Source: Eukaryota sp. GEM-RC1
Lineage: Eukaryota
Assembly: GCA_040285855.1 (NCBI GenBank)
Contig: JAUFOQ010000006.1
Coordinates: 1,984,001-2,048,000 of the forward strand
DNA length: 64,000 nucleotides
Direction: 5' to 3'
Shown: positions 1-11,674 of the stretch, in pieces
How positions within the stretch are numbered: position 1 is the first letter of the stretch
Layout: the number at the start of each line of letters is the position of its first letter
The notes under the pieces: model-generated
What the model was told of the DNA's origin: nothing
The model's database searches: none
The model's input: the letters and a program-made list of their open reading frames with translations, nothing else
Program-made: the position numbers and the translations under genes

Positions 1-3000
1 CAATTTTTTTGGAACTGTGATGGCTGATTTTTTCTTGGTTTCCATCTAGATTTGTTAATATCTGCCTTTCTCTCCCCAGCAGTGTATCGGAACACCTTCC
101 ATTTGTCACGCCTTTTCCACTTTACAGGTTGTGGGTTAGTGTCTTGCTTCCAATCATTTAATTGTTTTTTCATTTTTTCAAACTTCCCCTTTTCTTAGAA
201 GATAATGGAGCAATCTTTCTTTTTCTAACTAGGGTAACTGGCTTGGGCTCAATTTCCTTCTCACTTGAGGAATCATCCTTCTCAACTGAGGAATCAATAG
301 ATTGTTCATTGGAAGTAAGATCAATTTCTGTAACACAAGCATTGGCCATTCCATTTTCTATCAATTGTTTTGTTTCATCGACTTCAAATTTCTCACACGC
401 CTCTTCCTCATCAGTTTTTAAACTGGCACAATACATGAGATCATGTTGGTTGGGGTCAACAGCAACAATTCTCTTAGATTTTAAATTCAGCTCTTCAATT
501 TCATCTTCACTTAAGGAATCAATATAACGCTCATTTGAAGCAAGATTAACTGCTATAACATTTTCACGGGCATTTCCATTTTCATCAAGTAAATCTTTCC
601 TCATCATCAACAAACTACAACTTAAACCGTCTGACAAAATTGAAGTGTATTTAAAGTCATAGGATAATGACTCTGGAATAGCCTGAGGTTTTAATACTGA
701 ATTCCAAATAGGTTTCCGTACATCATTATAGTTATAGGGAAGATCCCTACAAAATATTTCGTGAAACCATTGCGTATCGAACCTGATATGATTTGGAATT
801 AAAGATTTAGACAACGGGAAAGGATTGTTTGCTCTTACACCAGGACAATAGTCTTCAATGAGACGGTTCAAATATAATGCATGACTTAAAAAGTATAACG
901 GATCACTCTTTTCGGCATAGTAGATCGTTTTCTCCATCTTTCCTTCAAAATAATTAAACAAATAATTGAAGAATAATATACTCAAGTGAGATTCCGGATT
1001 GGTAAAAACTTGCTTGTCATCAAAATTAATTTTGGAAATTTCACCATTAATGATCAATTCTCTAACTTCATTAATCCTTTGACAGAGTTCTTGTCTTTGG
1101 GTTTTGTCAGTAAGAGCTTCCATTCTCTCTTTCTTTTGAGTAACCAAGTTAAAGACTTGAAAAACATACTCATGAAAGTGTTGGCTCATGTTGTTCTTAT
1201 AATTAGTAATAATTTCGGTTGCAACGTAACCGAGAGGGTTAGACAAATATAGTCCACTTGGAAACACGATCCTATCTCTGCCAACCATTTCACCAGCAGT
1301 TTCTAACAGAGGGATGTAGTTTGATAGGAAGTGTTGGGCGAACTCCTTCTTTGTAGTTGTTGTTTTTGCATTAGAAATGATGTTTTGTAAAGAGTTTTCC
1401 ACAGTTTTAATATGATCAGTACTGTTGAAAAATTGGTGATTTGGAATCCACATCATGGCCAACAGTTGTGACATTGGAGTCAACTTAAAGTAAGCTCCCC
1501 AGTCTGGTAATTCAAATTTGGTAGTTTGAATTTTAGTAAAAAGGTCAAGTTCAGGTTCACCAGTTTCATTTTCATCACCGTCTTCTTCTAAAATATGGCT
1601 GTCTTCTTCTGAAATTTCGGATTCAATTGTACGATCCAAACCAAAATCAGGGTCTGAAGTCACAGGCAATTCAGTTTCTTCTTCTAATTGTTGAGGCACA
1701 AACTCTTCACTTAAAACTTCTGTTTGTTCAGTGTCTGAAACTTCTGTGTCTGTTTCAATTTCTTCTTTAACAGTGAAAATGTAGTCAGATGGAGGTAGTA
1801 TCTCTTTGACCTTGTCGAAAATTAGAGAGTTGTGAAACTTAGTTACGAAAAAATGTTTCAACATATGAGTACCACGAACTCTGACTTGATGAGCTCTCTT
1901 AGCACAAGACTCCATCCAATTGGCTTTAGTCTTTGATACAACATTATCTAATCGTTTCTTCACTGTCTTCAATGGTGGTCGTTCTCTTAATTTTTGCTTC
2001 TTTTCATCGAGAAGATCAAAGAGAATGTATTGTATTAGAAACAACTTATTGATTGAGTTCAATAACAAAGTGGCTCTCGAAGTGTCTCTCGAAGTTTTAG
2101 ATTCCCAAAGTTCATTAAGTTTTGTTAATTCTGCTAACAATCGAATCTCCATTTCAGCTTTGGGTTTTAGTTTTACAGATGGAGCTGTGTTTTGACGTTC
2201 GTCAGTTTTAACCTTAATTTCTTCATCTGACACTAGAGGATTGTCTAAAGAGTGAAATATTCTCTTAAGGAAGATATCTTCATTGTCAAAACTTTCAAAT
2301 GTTCTTGAATGATTATTCATGTCCATCATAATTGTTGTCACGTTTTCCAAAAACCGATCTCTTCTAAAGACATACAACTTCTTCAATACTGAATTCAAGT
2401 CAAGGGAATAAAAAGGACCAATTTCCGTTGGTTTGCACCATCTATGGAACCAAGATGGAAGAGAAGAAATGTAATCATCAATTGTATAATCAATGTCAAT
2501 TTCTAATTTTTTACATCGTGATACTAAGAACGGAAAAGTATCTAAATGCCAATCATAACTTATTAACAAACTGGGCTTGTTAAGATTTAAAAATGTAATG
2601 AAATTTGTTAACATTGATTTTTCAGTTGTAAACGTGTGAACTACACAATTAGGAAGTGAAATTTCTGAAACATTATGGGTGAATAGGTGAGTTTCATTTG
2701 CAAATTTATCATGGGTAAACTGAAGAGAGATTGACACAATTGGGTCTAAATCTGGATCACGTTGAATTTCAAAAGTAGTATCCTGAATTTGTGGAATACC
2801 TTCTGAAGTTGATTCAATCTCTTCGTCTACTTCTGGAACCTGTTTAACTCGAACGACTTTAAGATTCAAGCGTTCAGGATCTGAGATCACACTTTTTACC
2901 TCAATTACACAGAACTTTTGTGGTTGTTTGGGTTCTTGTTCTGGCTGCACTTTAGGTATTGACGGAGGTGACTGAGATGGCATTGTCTGTTTACTTTCAG

Positions 3001-4630
3001 AAACAATTCTTTGTTTTCGTGTTTGAGGAGTAAGACCTGATTGACTGAGTGGATCTCTGGTCCTGATTTTTTTGGAGACACGGATAGGTGTGACAGGAAC
3101 GGGTTTTAATACTGTAGGTGGTAATGGACTGGCTGGACTGATTTTTGATTTTCGTTTTGCAGGAGTAGCACCAGATGGCTCTCTTGGTTTGGACTTACGT
3201 GACTCAGGATGATCAACAGTCGTTACCGTTGGTGGTACAAAATAATTAATAATAGTCTCTCGAACTGAACCAGCATCAATGTCCTTGTTAGCGTTCTGTA
3301 ATTCATCTTTTACAGCTGAAACGTTAACTATATTGCGATAGTTCAAAGCATGTACAAATATTCTGATATACTCAAGGACATAGACTCCTCAGTCATTAGG
3401 TGTTTGTTTCTGGGTAACAGGTACAATGATAGGCCTATACTCAAGCACACTAAGTGCTGAATTCACTGTTGATAAGAACACATTGAAGCTACCAGATGGA
3501 CATTCTACGTTTTCTTCATCTAGATAAAAATCATTAGTGTCGTAATTTGGATCAATGAACAACCACTTTCTGTGTCGACAGTCGATAATCAACAACCCCC
3601 AGTGATAACCTCTGGTACCTGTATTATTAATAACAGGAGCAATGAAATATCGGCAATAACCATTATTTGTCAATTGTTGTATGATAAACTTCGTGAGTAA
3701 AACAACATCAAATTGTTGAGTGGTTGTATCCACAGCATTGTGCAACATTAGAATCGGAGAAATAAAGCATTCAACAGGATAATTATGTAATTTTAAGAGA
3801 TACAGACAATACTGATCAATAACTTCATCATCGATCCACTCATCAGGCAACAAAGTCTGTAAGGCTGATTCAGAAATCGGTCCTGGATTGGACTCAATAT
3901 CACCATCAGCGGTGAGGTCTTCTTTGAATGGATGACGGGAGGAGAAAACTATACGTAATATGAGACACAAAGCAGAAATAGATGATGAAACAACACAAAG
4001 GATCATCTGAGGAATATTACGAGACGAAGTCGGGGGTATGATGGAAAGCACATGAACACAATTCACATAGGCTGTTTCACTAGCGGAAACGAAAATAATT
4101 CTCCAACATCTCATTATACTACCTTGGTCTTGAGGAGCGTGTGAGAGTGAAGTAGTAAGGCGGCAGGCGGAAGAGTAACTCCAACATCTCATTATACTAC
4201 CTTGGTCTTGAGGAGCGTGTGAGAGTGAAGTAGTAAGGCGGCAGGCGGAAGAGTAACTCCAACATCTCATTATACTACCTTGGTCTTGAGGAGCGTGTGA
4301 GAGTGAAGTAGTAAGGCGGCAGGCGGAAGAGTAACTCCAACATCTCATTATACTACCTTGGTCTTGAGGAGCGTGTGAGAGTGAAGTAGTAAGGCGGCAG
4401 GCGGAAGAGTAACTCCAACATCTCATTATACTACCTTGGTCTTGAGGAGCGTGTGAGAGTGAAGTAGTAAGGCGGCAGGCGGAAGAGTAACTCCAACATC
4501 TCATTATACTACCTTGGTCTTGAGGAGCGTGTGAGAGTGAAGTAGTAAGGCGGCAGGCGGAAGAGTAACTCCAACATCTCATTATACTACCTTGGTCTTG
4601 GAGAGCGTGTGAGAGAATTGATGTCGACAT
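1..4630 (-). CDS. Putative polyprotein: repeat leader / 2A / Ulp1-like protease / PolB exonuclease-like domain / Fanzor (TnpB-like); one in-frame TGA, one frameshift, truncated by the window edge
   Basis: ORFs 3389..4654 and 170..3346 are in the same frame, separated only by TGA at 3389-3391 (..QKQTPND*GVYVLEYIRIFVHALNY..). Motifs: DIESNPGP; WIDDEVID..HWGLLIID..FID; DPIVSIS..TEKSMLTNF..PSLLISYD; YVATEIITNYKNN, PFPLSKSLIPNHIRFDT, ILSDGLSCSLL, IVAVDPN. Adding one A to the A-run at ~173-178 restores KKQLNDWK..KWKVFRYTAGER, matching the second Fanzor. First ATG is at 4630. Confidence 0.75.
3878..3928 (-). other. 2A-like ribosomal skipping (StopGo) peptide
   Basis: Translates FKEDLTADGDIESNPG|P, matching the D(V/I)ExNPG-P consensus, after a hydrophobic stretch. 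Confidence 0.8.
4101..4616. repeat. 78-bp tandem repeat, ~6.6 copies (26-aa unit SHAPQDQGSIMRCWSYSSACRLTTSL on the minus strand)
   Basis: Unit starts ctccaacatc at 4101, 4179, 4257, 4335, 4413, 4491 and 4569. Confidence 0.97.
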
Positions 4631-5141
4631 TGAAAGTAAATGATTGTTTGGCAAAGATTTCTTCCATCTATAGTAGGATATCTTACAAGTCAGTCACATT
4701 TCATATAATTCCAAACGTAAGAGCTACTAGCTATCTCCTACTTACTAGCTACTAGCTATTCACCCATCCCTCCTGACGACTAAGAACTTATGTCCACTTC
4801 AGATTTTCTGTTTCATACAAGTGTCTCATATAGATTCAGGGTTACTCTAGTGTGGACATTAATAAACATAAATCTCTCTACATAAAACTTTATCTCTCAT
4901 AAGGTCTAAAAGTAATAACATGTATATTATCTTTTAAAAGCAAACTAGTATGCCTATGTAATTTGTTTGTTGATGTTTTCTATAGTATGTTTTAAAAGTA
5001 TATGTGATAAGTTATTTTATATTGTAATTCAACGTATCTATATTCAGATTAAAGCAAAGAGAAGTTATTAATTGATGACAAATGATTTATTCATACTGCT
5101 AGTAGCTACATGTACATATCCATTGTTTATCCATAACATCA

Positions 5142-7050
5142 TCAATCTACAAAAGTTCTGATTTCATCAGGTACATAAATATCATCGCGAAAGTACTCAA
5201 TAAACTTTTTCGACAAATTCTTAAAGGAAAAAAGATCGTCGTCATGTGCCAAAAGAATCTTCAACTTGTAAACTTTTTCATGCAGAGTTCGAAGTAGTAG
5301 CATGTCAGAGGGAATGTCATATACGATGCACATGAGATTGTTTCCAATGCTACAGTCTGGATTGTTACAGATCATGTTAAATGTCACTTGTGTGGCTGCA
5401 ACAAGAAGTGCTTTGCTTTTTTCTTGCAAAAATAACTTGAATGTATTTGTTTTCTGGGGAGTTTTTGCAAGATTGCATAAGGAGAATACGGTACATGGTA
5501 ACTTTTGTTTAAACTGTCTTACGAGATCTCTACCAGTTTCAATGTTTCCAACCGTGATAATGATTTTATCTTGTGTGTTCAAGTAGTTGTTGCAAACTAT
5601 CCAATTTGAGGTGTGATACAATTAACTGTGATTTTTCCGAGCACGTGGGAATTGATGAAGATATACTTGATGAGGGAGTTGGATGAGGGAGTTCTTCGAC
5701 AGATTCTTCATCATGTGAACCCAATAAATTCACGTAGTCAGAATCCGTGTCATAATTCGGAGCTATCACATCACTTTCAGTTCTTACTTTTTTTTCTGGT
5801 TTAGTCACTTTCATAGCGTCTGATCTTCGTTTGCGGATATCTGGGAGATCTTTGTCTTCAGATATTTCGTCTTCAGAAATTTCGTGTTGGAAAAAGCCGG
5901 CCAATAGTGATTTGGAATGCTTAGAAAAAGTCCAGTCCGGTGGTGGGTTCGTAGATATTTCGGAAGAGAAGGAAGATGCAGTATCTGCCCAGCGTAGAGT
6001 CACAATACTTCCTGTGTCAACAACACAATAGATTTCGGGCTTTACGAGTGATGGGAAAATTTTAATAAGTTTGGAAAACTTCGCATTAGCAGAGACAAAA
6101 CGATTATCAGTTTCCAACGTATTCTCTTCAACATGGTGAATACATATTTCTAATCGTTCAGAAACGTATATGATATACTCGGGGTGGCCAAATAATCCAC
6201 AAGCATCAATAATGACCTCGTGTGTTCCCGTTCGAAAAATACATTCTGCAGTGGCATTAGTCTGTGTGACAGAAAACAATATACAAGGAATTATCTCCGA
6301 TAATAATTTTTTTGTGACTAATATCAGGAATCACTCCAAATTTTTTAAAGTTTACACCATTTGGAGTGGAAATGATGACATCATTGAAGTCAACACTGTT
6401 TTTGGCATAAAAAATTGATTTAGCAGTCAACAGCAGATGCATATAGAACATCTCAAATTCGATAAAGGTCGAATCAATCACACTTTCTGCTTTTGGAAGA
6501 TCATGTCTTTTAACATATTTACTTGAATCCTTGATTGCTGGAATATGGGTTAAAACACCATCTTTTCACCAATATATACATCTTTACGCCTTACACTTAC
6601 ACTACTACATTCAGTCATCACTCCAACTTCAGAAGTAAAAAAGATTTCAGTACTAAAAATCCGTGTCGCGAAATTTAATACAATGACACTACATTGATTT
6701 TTAATGGGTAAGAACACCCACATTGAAGAGGGATGAGTTGGAATGGTGCCTTGTACTGCTATTGAACTATAATCAAAATTGGGAAGATCAATTCGATTCC
6801 ATAAACAGTCATCACCAACTGTCCATATCAATACTTCTTGAGAAGCTGTCAAAACAATAAGATACAAGCCACATCTAGTAATTACTGCATTTTTAATTTC
6901 AGATGCACATGATTGTGTAGAAACAGCTGTGAAATTTAATGGATCAAATGGAGTTGATGACAACAAGACATTGGCAAGAGCAGGCTGAGGTATAGGTGGT
7001 TGCTGGACAAATAATGGTTGAAGGTCAGTTGTATCTGTCTGTAATTCCAC
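5142..7050 (-). pseudogene. Fragmented cargo ORF(s): beta-propeller-like segment followed by a degenerate helicase C-terminal (RecA2)-like segment
   Basis: Chain of ORFs 6550..7050, 6257..6481, 5566..6279 and 5142..5621. The last has QDKIIIT..FLQEKSKALLVAAT..IVYDIP, resembling HELICc. ORF 6550..7050 is in frame with the helicase across TAA 7093-7095. Confidence 0.4.
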
Positions 7051-7092
7051 AGATGAATTCTCAACATGGGATAGGGGTTCAGTTTCAGAAAA

Positions 7093-10000
7093 TTAGTATT
7101 TTCCTGAGGCAGAGTAGGTACGCATATATTCAATCAGTTCAGTTAAAACATCGCATTTGACACAATTTGGACATTCAACATTGTTGCAAAATTTAAAGGT
7201 ATCAACATATTGGTCGATTGAAAACGGCTTGAGACCACCAATGTCATAAGATATGTGCTGTAGATCAATAACTGATCCAGGTTGTACATTTGTAACAAAT
7301 GTGAGTTTCTGTTGAAGTATCGCGATCTGTTCAAATAGTGATGATGGAGAGATTCTTAATCTTTCAGCCAGATATAGAATAAATCGACATCGATTAAGAC
7401 AACCAATGACATTGATCAATTGAGATAATACATCTGCATCATAATCATAGTCAAGTTGATCACCGTCAACATTAAGAATTGCAATCTTTTGTTGTTCAAT
7501 AGATCCCTTCGTAAAATTGAGAAACATTAGTTGGGTGAATAAATTTAATAGTGTAGGCTGAAAGTAGCAACATAATAGGGGAAACTGTTTTTGTGATGAC
7601 ACAAAAACACCAGAGTAATTGTAGCAACAAGAGGCAGGTAAACGAGTGAAAAGTGAATTGTCAAATTTGAAATCAATGCCGTCTACAGAACCATTCAGTG
7701 TAGTACACTTCAAGGGTTTTTGATAATAATTGTTTTCAAACATCGGTACCATATTAAGTTCTAGTTTTCCATTACGATCACAAACAAGATGTTTATTTAA
7801 CAAATTGGCAATCTTTTGATTAGTAAGACGCTTTTGTTTATCCATATCATGAAGTGGTTTATAATTACCAGAATCCAGACCGACCGAACAATGCACGTCA
7901 TTGATGAACGGCAATATGCGTTTATGAAATTTTGAAGCAACCTCATTTTCGAACATTTTGGCAAAGACGAGAGGTGTTACAGTGTTGTTGGATTTGTAAA
8001 GGGTTAGAAACAAACGCTTTGGATGATCTTTAGGTAGCAAGTGTAAATGAACACTGTTTTTCAGGTATTTTGAAAAACATAGAACATCATTCAAATCATT
8101 GAGGTCGAGTGGTAGTAAATCCCGCATCATTTGTTGAAAGATACATTCAATAGGAACTTCAGTTGGAGATGTGAGGACTGTTGACCTTCGTGGACTACGG
8201 AACAAAATTGTATTGTTAGGATAAGATGAAATAAACAACTGGGTCAATTTTTCTGATTCTGTTAAGTAGCAAAGTTGTTGATAGAATTGCTGATTCTGGA
8301 AAGCAGACCATTCATTATTATTCTTATCGATAAAAGTACGGTTGAGATTAAAGTTTCGAAATTTGAAGCGATTAGTGAGTAACACCTTAACACGATCTGC
8401 ATTATTAAGCATAGTTTCAAAAATGAATTCCAAGGAGTCAATATGGCCTTTAAATGAATCATCGACTTGTTGTTTCCACTTGATGATCTGATTAATTTTT
8501 CTAATTAGTGTATCACAGAAAAACTTGAGAGATTGGATATTTAAATAGTCCAGAACTTCAACATTGATTGTACCAGATAGTAATCGGAACAAAAATTTTA
8601 ACATAACATTTAAATCTGAATATCCATGATCAGCGTCATCAGCAAGATACAATTTCAAAAAGTTCCCAAATTTAGCAACTTGATTTACACTATCTGTATG
8701 AAACTTGAAGTTGAACAATTGTGTATCAAATGCACATAATAGGACCAATCCCGGAATAACTTGTTTTCCAAAAAAACAATTAAAAACAAAATGAAAATGT
8801 TCATGAGAGTCACAAAACAAAATTCCCATTCGACCCAATGGTGTTAGTCCATCTACGATATATTCACTTTCCATGATGTTTCGAAGATATAATGAATGCA
8901 TTGCTACATCCAAGAGATCATCCTTTGGTGGATCAGGCATTGACTTGATAAATTTTCGTGGTGTGTTTGAAATCCTTTTGACTGTTAAAAGAAAATCTTC
9001 CAAGGGAGAATTAAGAATTTGGGGCAATTTAGTTTGATGCCTGAATTCGTTGCCGATATATTCAAAGTCAAATAATCTGATACATATACCAGGCATGGTT
9101 CGACCAACTCTCCCAGCACGTTGAATTGCTGAGGACTTTGAAACATGGTGGAGAATCAATTCCTTTTTATAATTTGGAATTCTTTCAAGTCCAGTGTCCA
9201 AAGCGATCACTGCATTGTCAATTGTGAGGGAAGACTCTGCAATGTTCGTAGAAGCAACTATTTTAAATTCTTTGTTTTGAGGTTTACTTGTTGCCTTCTG
9301 TTGATCATCTCCACTCATGTCAGAATCTTTCATTACACGATTTCACTAGAGCATCAGCCTCAAAAGCACCAGGTAAAAATACAATGACTGTTACACCTCT
9401 CATATCGATTGAAACGTTCCAATAATCAAGGATAATATCATAAATGGAACAAAGTATTTCTGTCAGTGCTCGTGTATTAATGATTGAAGGTTTTACAAAT
9501 TTGGAGCACATTTTCTCGAAGTTATTTCTATATGTCCGTACAGCTGCACGTAAATCATTTTGATGACTCAAAACAGCAACACCAAATTCGGATGGAAACC
9601 CAAGCGTCAGCTCGTCAGTCCACTGACACGTATCAAAATTGTTAAAGTCAAGAACATTCAGTGTTCTTGTGAAGAAACCTGTATCAAATGAATACATAGC
9701 TTGTTGATCAATGATGTCAAAGTCACATGAATTTTTTGAATCAAAATATGAGAATATTGAATTCACTTCACCTGATTTTGAACCCAATGTAGCTGAGGCA
9801 AATCCACGTACAACCGAAGAGTCTTGCAAATTCAATTTCATTGACGTTAAAAGCAGATCAACATCCATCGACCTTTCATGAAATTCATGGATGATGACAA
9901 CTTTGAATTTTGATTGAAACATTTTGGGATTTGCCATCAGATTGACAGTAAGCCCAGTTGTCTGATAATGAATCAGTGTACTGGCAGTGATATTATTGTC

Positions 10001-10849
10001 ACCTCCACCAAGTTGGAAAGCGGCAATCGGTAGATCAGACGTGAATTGACTACCTTCTCGTGTACCAGATGATTTATTTAAAAATTGGGCAAGAGCTCTG
10101 CAAGACATTCGGGTTGGTTGCGACACAATAACATTTGAGAGAAAAGCCATTGCAAAAATGATTGGGGAAATTGTGGATTTTCCTGAGCCAGTTGAGCCAG
10201 TAATTACGTATGGAAAATCCGATGGCTGTTCTTTATAGCAGGAAATGCAATGGTTAAGTAATGTCACAAAAGACTCTTGACCATCTGCAGTTGATACAAA
10301 AGATAGCTTGTGTTTAGTCTTAGCTTTGTAAAGAATGTTCATCATGCAAGATAAATGAACAATACTGATAAGGTTATGGTTCTTGACATTTTCTATCCAG
10401 TGCGGAAAAATTAAATCGCAAACCTTTGAAAGAAAGATATCGCCCAATTCGGTAAACTCTTTCTTCAGAACGTTGTATTCAGAGGGTGGAGTTGGATGAA
10501 ATATTTCGGGGAAACTACTTTTCGAAGTTACATGACATACTTACTTCTGCCATACGATCTTCTTCCATAAGAGATTCTTCCATACGATCTTCTTCCATAA
10601 GAGATGAAACATGGTAGAACGAAAACCACTTTGTACAATACTGCCTTGGTCTTGAGGAGCAGAGTACAAAGAAGCGACGACAGCGGAGGAAACAGAGTGT
10701 AAAGAACTTTGGACAATACTGCCTTGGTCTTGAGGAGCAGAGTCCGCAGTTGTTACGATGAAAGGATTCATGTAAACGAAAGAATTGTATCTACATGAAG
10801 ATATCTCACCACACTTCTTTCTGATAGTTCTTTCCCACAGACTTTTCAC
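7093..10849 (-). CDS. DEAH/RHA-family helicase-like protein (frameshift at ~9330; probable 27-30 nt intron near 10515-10544)
   Basis: GSTGSGKST (Walker A), VSQPTRMS, IIHEFHERS (degenerate DExH), SAT, VFLPG, STNIAESSLTID, QRAGRVGR. ORF 10541..10849 is in frame with 9320..10447, and the intervening TAA lies within GTAAGT...AG. Confidence 0.75.
10635..10743. repeat. Two copies of a 31-bp motif, 78 bp apart, related to the 4101-4616 repeat
   Basis: acaatactgccttggtcttgaggagcagagt at ~10635 and ~10713; its core differs from atactaccttggtcttgaggagc in the 78-bp array by one base. Confidence 0.9.
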
Positions 10850-10999
10850 AACAAAATGCCTTCAGACTGACTGGTCATTCTAGTGTCTATGCAGTTATGT
10901 GCCCAAACTCATAATCCTTGACTCTCCTGACTCCTTCAAACTATGATCAATGACAAATATTACAGGCCAGTCTTGTTTATTACTATGCTTTATAGGAAT

Positions 11000-11674
11000 C
11001 TAAAGTTCAAAAGGATTCTTCGTAAAATTGGATTTTTTGACAAGAGACTTAAGAGGAGGGAGTGGAGTCGACGTAATCTCAGTTGTTCCAGTTGATTCTG
11101 ACTCTAACTCATTGCTTGAGTTACTTGATTCTTCTTCATCATTCAATAATTTTTCTTCTCTAACTGTCTTTGGAGATTTAACTTTCTTCATCTTAGCAAG
11201 TCTTGCAGAACATGAAACTTTTTGATGTTGTTCATGTTCTGCAAGATCAGACAAGTCTATTGCTGAGTCAGTTTGATCTTGAATCAAAACAGTATATAAA
11301 TTTTGAGATGACAAGGAATTAGTGGTACCATTCTTTTCTTCAAGAATATGAGTTTCTTTGTTAATAAAGAATTCAATGTTTTCCTTAAGATTATCACCAA
11401 CAACATTTTTAAACCATGTTGTATTGTTGGTGGACACTGCGATATGAGAAGTACTATCAGCAGCTCGGGTGATTAAGATAAAATCTCCATTGATTCCGAG
11501 ATTGTAAGATGAAGTTGAAGGAGTTGATTTTGTCTCAGTAAAAGAAAAGACATTGTATACATCTTGATGTTTAGATGCATACTTCCTCTGATAGGCAGAA
11601 AGACGATGTTTCCGAGACAAAACGTTTGTTGATGAGTTCATGCAAATTTTGCCGGTAAACAAATTTTCCTTCAT
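11000..11674 (-). CDS. Hypothetical protein (element cargo)
   Basis: 224-aa ORF with no recognised motif. Confidence 0.4.
   Translation of the reverse strand: MKENLFTGKICMNSSTNVLSRKHRLSAYQRKYASKHQDVYNVFSFTETKSTPSTSSYNLGINGDFILITRAADSTSHIAVSTNNTTWFKNVVGDNLKENIEFFINKETHILEEKNGTTNSLSSQNLYTVLIQDQTDSAIDLSDLAEHEQHQKVSCSARLAKMKKVKSPKTVREEKLLNDEEESSNSSNELESESTGTTEITSTPLPPLKSLVKKSNFTKNPFEL

Noticed and set aside
3389..3391. Genome-wide UGA=Cys/Trp genetic code
   Set aside because: HelQ, kinesin and ATG9 ORFs end at TGA, and conserved Trp/Cys residues in host genes use standard codons.
4101..4616. CRISPR-like array next to a Cas12-related nuclease
   Set aside because: Units are essentially identical over the full 78 bp with no variable spacers, and the context is eukaryotic.
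4770..4815. Hammerhead ribozyme core (CTGACGA)
   Set aside because: No correctly placed GAAA or flanking stems found.
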